Shown here: one piece after another, positions 58,037-64,000 of the stretch
How positions within the stretch are numbered: position 1 is the stretch's first letter
Layout: every line of letters starts with the position of its first letter
Assembly (NCBI GenBank): GCA_048013815.1
Contig: CM106586.1
Location: 5,456,001-5,520,000 of the forward strand
From: Setoptus koraiensis
Taxonomy: Eukaryota; Animalia; Arthropoda
Direction of reading: 5' to 3'
Length of the DNA: 64,000 nucleotides
Notes under the pieces: model-generated
Seen by the model: the letters and a program-made list of their open reading frames with translations, nothing else
The model's database searches: none
Told to the model about the DNA's origin: nothing
Position numbers and translations under genes: made by a program

Positions 58037-61000
58037 TTATAAGCCTCGTGTCTGTTTGGCCCGGAATTGCTCAAATACCTCAAACTCTTGTAGGCGCGAT
58101 AGGTGTTTGTCGGACTCCAGATGATATCTGAAGTCCACCAGACTTACATAACATCTGCCTTGGCCGCTATCGCAAAGCAAACACATCACTCCAGAAATTG
58201 TCAATTTTTCTTTCTTTGTAATCAGATTCTCGATTTGTATGAGATTGTGCCCTATTCTTCTGTATATCTCATCATCATCACCTACAGGCGTAGGTATTGG
58301 TGGCAGGAATTTCGAAGGTTCGATTCCTCCGCGATATACCGGCGGCGGTTCGTCATTTTTGGCCCATGATGCAAATTCTTGGTGACGATATTCCTTGATG
58401 GGAAGACGTCTTTTTCTTATCAGATTCATGATAGAGTTTCTCACTCCTTGCTGCAGGTTTCCAGTGGGCTCATTCGAGTTCTGAATATGTAGATTGGATA
58501 TCAATTCAGTCATAGCTTTACGACACATGTTTATATTATCAACATCGCGCCTAGTAATCAAACAGTCGAAATCAATCTCTATGTCGTTCTCGGAATCGAT
58601 TGGTGCTCCTGATTCATCGCAACCTAGACCAAAAAGTGCCCCGGACAAACAACCTAAGTGGGGGTTAGTCCTGAATTGATAATAAGGCGCAAAGAGCAAT
58701 GAAATTATGGTGGGCAGTCCGTGTATCTTCGGCATTAGCGTTGTGTCTCGGGCTACGAGTCTACCGTGTGCAGATATGGAGACAGAACCGGCGATCATAA
58801 GCTGGTAGCTTTTATCTAGATAGTCAGCATCAACAGCCACACAATTAATAGAATCTCTTTCAATATGAGCAGGCATCTTGCAAGCCTTTGCGGAGAGTCC
58901 TTGGAACTGAAGTGTTATAGGACTAAGAGGTCCCTTCAATTGAGTATAGGAGGTTTTGAACAAGGATGTTGGATCATCCTCATTGGTAATCTCACAATCC
59001 ATATTTCGAATTTTGCCGAAATTTCTTCCACGGAATTTATTTTGCACTTCCAATCTCCTTAATTCTTGGAAATCATTATCGTCGAATGCGGCGTTATGCT
59101 CAATTTCACAAAAAGCCTCATTGTCATGGACTAATGGGTCTTCTATCTCAGGATGAATGACATAGTCGTCTCGAACCTTGTGATCTCTCAAAGAGACTTC
59201 GGGTTCTTCGATGGCGACTCCTTCACCCATTGTGATCAATCTTTGACGTAGAGATGTGGAATCGCACATCGAGTCTCTGATGCTAGTGCCAATGAGGTCC
59301 ATTCGCACAATTTTGTCACAATAACTGTAAACTCGGGCTTCAAATCTTCGATCCAATTCGGACGACAGAAGTTTGTCTTTGAAGTCGATTAGAGCATTTT
59401 CCGACCATCCTCCCCACGTTGTGGCCCACGGTGCAGGTTTAATACCGTAAATCTTACACTCAATCGCTAAGATCGGAATGGCGCAAATTCTCTCCAGTCT
59501 GTTGTAAGAACGGTCGAAGTCCTCTGGTATAACATAGATATCATTCTCAGATATCATGCAAGTCAAACCGAAGTCATAGAAGTATACTTGAACTTTTCTT
59601 TTGTCGCCGGTGGGAGCAGATCTTACTTCAATTCTATGGTAGCCCTCCATTACACTTCTAGATCCAGGACGCTTTCCCAGATACTTTGGATGATGTGTAA
59701 AAGCAATGGTTCCAATCATTTGGCTTATATCGCGCGAGCTCGTTGCCAGCTCAAAAATAGTATCATTAATAACATCGCTCAAGTCATCCTCATATTGGGT
59801 CACTCTCTGGTTCTCTAATCGAGCAAAAAAATGACAGCACTCCACTATATTCATAATTCTCAAAAAGAAGTGGTTATTGTTAATTGGAACCCAGTTGAAT
59901 TTTTTCGGTTTTATACATTGATTGTGGTCGACGAGTTTAATTCTTGTAGATGTGAGGGTAGAACTTCTCGCTTTCATATCCCTCCACCTATCATCGTAAT
60001 ACTCGATTCTTTTTCTTGCTTCGGCTGGATTGAATTCCCTGATTGAGACACCATAAGACATTCCTAGCTTGAGGGCCAAATACACAGAATTGTGAACAAA
60101 CCTTCTGGTTTTGTTCGTGGAGGCATTTTCCTCTTCTAGAGCTGCATCACAATTGTTGAAGACCACGACAGCTCTGCTACCAGCAAAAAGAATCTCTACG
60201 TCGTCGCTTATAGATTCGAGCTCCCTGACAATTTGGTTCTTGTAAATAGGTCCTTGCTCCTTTGGAATATATTCTAAATATATAGATCTAGTTGGATCTG
60301 AGTCGTGGAGCGTGCGTGTAACCAAATCTTGATCTATCTGCTTACTGACGAAGAAATTTGGATAAAAAGCTGCACTGAATGCAAACTTCAACATAAGTTC
60401 ATCTTCATCAATGTCCCTACTTCTATTGGGTTGGTCCTCTACAAAAATATTTAGTCTTGTAAGTCGATTCCTCAACTCGTCGTAGAGAAGGTCAACTTCC
60501 TGAAGTTTTTTCAAATCGAGACGCTTATTGTCACACCAGTTTCTTAAGTATGTCTTAGATTTTGTTGCATGTCGGGTGTATTCTTTATATGCCTCTAAGT
60601 AAACGAACAAATCACTAAATGCGCCTCTAGACCAAGATAAACGCATCCTGAAGTCACCTAATTCATCTGAATAAGAACTACGTATGATTCCTCTGCCTGA
60701 TAAGCAGGATGCCAATATAAGGCAGTCATCAAGACAATCAAATATGTGCCCCATCACGACTAACTTGCTCAGACGAACGTCGATAGGGAGGGTACATATG
60801 ACGCTGCCGAGTTCTGTGATGTCACCATTTTCTCTATCTAGCTTACCGTTGAAGTTGACCGTCAGGGCGCCTATCTGTTTCAATTCAATAATCGCAGATC
60901 TGATCTCTTTTAGAGGCGGAGGATCTAACATAAGACCAAGTTGTTCTATCGGTGGAGCGATGTTTGACTTCTTGGTTCGCAAAACTGTTTGCTCTAGAGG

Positions 61001-62725
61001 TGCTGATAAAAGTTCCGGTTCAGCGTAGGCAGGAATGCTACTCTGGTAGAAGTATTCTGGAACCAACCTGAACACTCTTCCGGACATGACACGTCCAGCT
61101 CGACCAGCCCGTTGTGTACACCTATCTTTTGAAGCCCACAGTAACTGCAACATGGGGAATCTTGTTCGGGAGTCTTTAACCACAGTCTTGGAAAGACAAA
61201 AATCTATCACATAAGCAATGTCAGGTAGAGTGATGGAGCTCTCTGCTATATTCGTTGAAAGTATAACTTTACGTTTGCCACTGATAGAAGATTCGAAGAC
61301 TCTATTCTGCTCCTCTGAAGGTAAACTGGAATGTAGTAATCTGATGTCTAGTTCTGATATGTTCTTGCGCAATAGTTTATCCAGTGAATTAATCTCGTTA
61401 AGGCCAGGTAAGAAGACTAATACTGCTTGAGGATTTGTATCGCGGTCATCCATTTTCCGAAATTGTATATTAATTAAGTAAGCTGCTGCAGCTACACAAT
61501 AATCCATGAATTCGGGTTCATTAATATCGAAATGAGGCGGGCTGCCCAGTGTTTGATTTTTGTCCCAAGATTTGAGGCTGTCAAGATAGAAGACAGTATT
61601 AGTATTCGGATTGGGTGTTGAAACTTTGATTCCTAGAGTCTGATTGGAATTCATGTGACCGAATGCAAGTTTGAAACGGAAGTAGGATTGTATCTTCTCT
61701 AGTTCCATGGTGGCTGACATTATAATAAGAGTGAAAGTTATCGGCTCAATCTTCATATACCATCTAATCAGCATAAGCAAAATATCAGTATCAATGTCTC
61801 TCTCGTGAACTTCGTCAACAATTATGTGAGAATAGTTTTTGAGTGATTTCTCACTTATGATTCTCTCAACCAGGACTCCAGTGGTACAATAAGTGAGCAT
61901 CGTGTCAACGGATAGGTTTGCAGCGTCTAAACCGACTTGATACCCAACTAGCGATCCAAGTTCCCAACCGTTTTCTTCGCAAACTCTCCTAGCTACACTA
62001 CGGGCCGCTATTTTTCTTGGTTGCGTACAAAAGATATTAACAGGTTGCTTTCTGGTTACGATTGCATCTTCCAGAATAAATTGAGGTACTTGAGTAGTCT
62101 TTCCACAGCCTGTATTACCTTGGATAATTACAACGTTGTATGCTTTGACAGCGCCCCTAATTTTATCTCTGTAATTTGAAATAGCTAATCTTTCATGAAC
62201 TTTGTTACTCTTTCGAGTTTCATTGAAATATTTGTTCCTGATTTCCGTAACATCAAATTCTCCATCGTAACCAAAGTCTCTTATCTCGGGCACAGCAGCT
62301 ACGGTGCTTACACCCTCAATATTCGATATCATTTCATTAGTGGGCCTCTTATCGACGAAAAAATCCAGACCACGCATCTGCGCCATTCTTCTGACGTGAT
62401 CATCATCTTCATCTTCATCGTCGGTAACTTTATCGGATGGCTCTGGGTTGTATCGATGATTGAAGGATGTTGATGGTTTGTTTGGGTCATCAGACGTTCC
62501 AGCAAAGCGTTCTCTATACGCATCTGCATATTTGGTATCTTCATGCGGAATGGGACATCCTTTCGATCTATTTGGCTGTCCCCAGCCGGCATTGTCCGGA
62601 TTAACCTTTATTACACTCTCAATGGGAGAGTGTTTCTGGGAGACTTTTCTGAGAGCCGCATACATTTGTTGCACCTTGGGGTCTAATGGCTTTGGCTTCA
62701 AAATGTCTGGCAGATCGTCAGCCAT
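58037..62725 (-). CDS. spn-E: Spindle-E/TDRD9 DExH RNA helicase with Tudor domain, 1562 aa, intronless
   Basis: The first ATG is at 62725; the ORF track starts at an upstream TTG. Motifs: GNTGCGKTTQVPQF, CTQPRKIAARSVA, GYQVGL, DEVHER, MSAT, STNIAESSITLPD, QRAGRAGRV, HA2 region, FYPNFF, Tudor-like VQVYFYDFG, and C-terminal C-x2-C...H-x5-H. Confidence 0.9.
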   Translation of the reverse strand: MADDLPDILKPKPLDPKVQQMYAALRKVSQKHSPIESVIKVNPDNAGWGQPNRSKGCPIPHEDTKYADAYRERFAGTSDDPNKPSTSFNHRYNPEPSDKVTDDEDEDDDHVRRMAQMRGLDFFVDKRPTNEMISNIEGVSTVAAVPEIRDFGYDGEFDVTEIRNKYFNETRKSNKVHERLAISNYRDKIRGAVKAYNVVIIQGNTGCGKTTQVPQFILEDAIVTRKQPVNIFCTQPRKIAARSVARRVCEENGWELGSLVGYQVGLDAANLSVDTMLTYCTTGVLVERIISEKSLKNYSHIIVDEVHERDIDTDILLMLIRWYMKIEPITFTLIIMSATMELEKIQSYFRFKLAFGHMNSNQTLGIKVSTPNPNTNTVFYLDSLKSWDKNQTLGSPPHFDINEPEFMDYCVAAAAYLINIQFRKMDDRDTNPQAVLVFLPGLNEINSLDKLLRKNISELDIRLLHSSLPSEEQNRVFESSISGKRKVILSTNIAESSITLPDIAYVIDFCLSKTVVKDSRTRFPMLQLLWASKDRCTQRAGRAGRVMSGRVFRLVPEYFYQSSIPAYAEPELLSAPLEQTVLRTKKSNIAPPIEQLGLMLDPPPLKEIRSAIIELKQIGALTVNFNGKLDRENGDITELGSVICTLPIDVRLSKLVVMGHIFDCLDDCLILASCLSGRGIIRSSYSDELGDFRMRLSWSRGAFSDLFVYLEAYKEYTRHATKSKTYLRNWCDNKRLDLKKLQEVDLLYDELRNRLTRLNIFVEDQPNRSRDIDEDELMLKFAFSAAFYPNFFVSKQIDQDLVTRTLHDSDPTRSIYLEYIPKEQGPIYKNQIVRELESISDDVEILFAGSRAVVVFNNCDAALEEENASTNKTRRFVHNSVYLALKLGMSYGVSIREFNPAEARKRIEYYDDRWRDMKARSSTLTSTRIKLVDHNQCIKPKKFNWVPINNNHFFLRIMNIVECCHFFARLENQRVTQYEDDLSDVINDTIFELATSSRDISQMIGTIAFTHHPKYLGKRPGSRSVMEGYHRIEVRSAPTGDKRKVQVYFYDFGLTCMISENDIYVIPEDFDRSYNRLERICAIPILAIECKIYGIKPAPWATTWGGWSENALIDFKDKLLSSELDRRFEARVYSYCDKIVRMDLIGTSIRDSMCDSTSLRQRLITMGEGVAIEEPEVSLRDHKVRDDYVIHPEIEDPLVHDNEAFCEIEHNAAFDDNDFQELRRLEVQNKFRGRNFGKIRNMDCEITNEDDPTSLFKTSYTQLKGPLSPITLQFQGLSAKACKMPAHIERDSINCVAVDADYLDKSYQLMIAGSVSISAHGRLVARDTTLMPKIHGLPTIISLLFAPYYQFRTNPHLGCLSGALFGLGCDESGAPIDSENDIEIDFDCLITRRDVDNINMCRKAMTELISNLHIQNSNEPTGNLQQGVRNSIMNLIRKRRLPIKEYRHQEFASWAKNDEPPPVYRGGIEPSKFLPPIPTPVGDDDEIYRRIGHNLIQIENLITKKEKLTISGVMCLLCDSGQGRCYVSLVDFRYHLESDKHLSRLQEFEVFEQFRAKQTRGL

Positions 62726-63349
62726 TTTACAATTTATTTTCACTATTGTTTTGCTGAATTGAAAATATATATAGATTGATATTGATTGATAATATAATAA
62801 TAATTGAAAATATCTCTGAATATGTGAACGCGCCTCCAATTCGCTCAGCCTACTGAAACGGACACGCTGCTCTCGATTGGTTTAGGCACGTGTAATCTTA
62901 CACGCCGTGTAGATGCACATGTATATACACGGATGCGCAGTCGACATAATCGAGGTGTTGTACTGTGCATGGCTAAGTCGTTGACCGAGTTATTGTCGGT
63001 GTACTTACGCTCGTTAGTGCTGCGGGCTGGGTTGGTTCACACAGTAAGCTAATGGACGAGCCAGCAACAACGCAACCAGAAAAGATGCTCGAGCGCTCGA
63101 GAGGCCTGAGTCAGAAAAAAAGCGCGAACTTGAGCGCGAACGTTGGTGAAGGCAATTTCACGAATCTCTTGTTACACAACCGCAGCAATGGTTACCATGG
63201 AATGTTGTAACAAGAGAATATGGCCGCCGCCTTCAATTATAGATTATGGTGTAGATTGTACAATATTATCTTATAATTGATCTTACAATTAATCGTTATG
63301 GAACATTTTACTTTGTTTTTTGTTTTGTTTTTTTACTTTATAGATATCA

Positions 63350-64000
63350 TCAACTCCTACGTGTTACTATACAACTCAAAACATACGAGCACAACAAACG
63401 AGATAATGTAACAAATACTAATAATGCCATTATGGCCACATAGAGGTCGTTTTCCTTCAAATTGAACTCATTTATCAGATATGGATCGAAATTGGAACAG
63501 TTCGTCGGGACCACTTTGCCAAAATTAGCTTGTTGATTCAACATATCGGTGATTTTGTTTGAAAAATGATGCACCATATCGGACATGTACTCTTTAGAGG
63601 CGTTGGAATAGTTGGCCGAATCAAATTCACTTTTTCCATGCGACATAAATATTTTAGCTAGATTGGTTATATTATTACTATTATGGCGATGATGATCAGT
63701 GACAGACTCGTTGGATGACGATGGAAATAACTGCGATGCAGTCATATTGAACAAGGCATTGGTTGATGGTTTATGCGAGATTTCATTGTAATCGTTAATA
63801 CCATTTTCATCTATACTATCGTCGTTGCAATCCAAATTACCAAGCATGGAATAGAATACGCTATGCAGCAACTCCGACTGATTCGTTTTAAATTCTTGAT
63901 AAGCCAACAAAAGTTCTTTGTCGCACTCGCATCTATTGAAGCCGTAAAGTGTAACAATAATAGCATCGAAGGCATATCTGAAATGAGATAAAAACGTCAA
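63350..64000 (-). CDS. ABC transporter G-family, C-terminal transmembrane part (partial, runs off the window)
   Basis: FLSHFRYAFDAIIVTLYGFNRC matches the ABCG1/4-type YLSYxRYxFEG...IYGxDR motif. The terminal TM helix LYVAIMALLVFVTLSRLLCSYVL precedes the stop. Confidence 0.75.
   Translation of the reverse strand: MTFLSHFRYAFDAIIVTLYGFNRCECDKELLLAYQEFKTNQSELLHSVFYSMLGNLDCNDDSIDENGINDYNEISHKPSTNALFNMTASQLFPSSSNESVTDHHRHNSNNITNLAKIFMSHGKSEFDSANYSNASKEYMSDMVHHFSNKITDMLNQQANFGKVVPTNCSNFDPYLINEFNLKENDLYVAIMALLVFVTLSRLLCSYVLSCIVTRRS

Noticed and set aside
1274-63991. Dozens of 60-160-aa ORFs in the ORF track overlapping the long genes on the opposite strand or in alternative frames
   Set aside because: They are shadow ORFs of real CDSs or microsatellite translations (LSLSLS, IYIYIY, ERERER). 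Many start at TTG/GTG and none shows a recognisable motif.
1-64000. Apparent detoxification cluster (ADH, UGT, epoxide hydrolase, 2OG dioxygenase, ABCG)
   Set aside because: The genes are scattered among unrelated housekeeping genes on both strands with no shared motif. Co-occurrence is expected in a gene-dense genome.

Overview
AT-rich, gene-dense, intron-poor eukaryotic nuclear DNA, most likely from an acariform mite. That assignment is inferred from the cytosolic bacterial-type UGT, the short GT-AG introns, many normally multi-exon genes being intronless, and an arthropod-type miR-12. Genes left to right: ADH class III 3' end (+), BAHD1 (-), cytosolic alanyl-tRNA synthetase ending after the aminoacylation module (-), mite-type UGT (-), orphan secreted 384-aa protein (-), UBR4 with a ~15.3-kb exon (+), DDX52 (-), V-ATPase G (+), DNA ligase 1 (-), glycine-cleavage T protein (+), microsomal epoxide hydrolase (-), PHYHD1 (+), twist-like bHLH (+), NEK8-like kinase-RCC1 (+), a ~5-kb non-coding block with a miR-12 hairpin (+), spindle-E/TDRD9 (-) and an ABCG 3' end (-). 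I recognised no tRNA, rRNA, CRISPR array or transposase. The strongest leads are (1) a 448-aa mini-AlaRS with no editing or C-Ala domain, (2) a Cdc9-like upstream in-frame ATG giving LIG1 a mitochondrial-presequence-like extension, (3) a 226-bp TA-flanked fold-back element inside a palindrome-rich intergenic island, and (4) miR-12 without recognisable cluster partners but with unannotated pre-miRNA-like hairpins upstream. Exon boundaries and pairings were derived by hand. Family assignments and miRNA matches rest on recalled reference sequences, not on searches.
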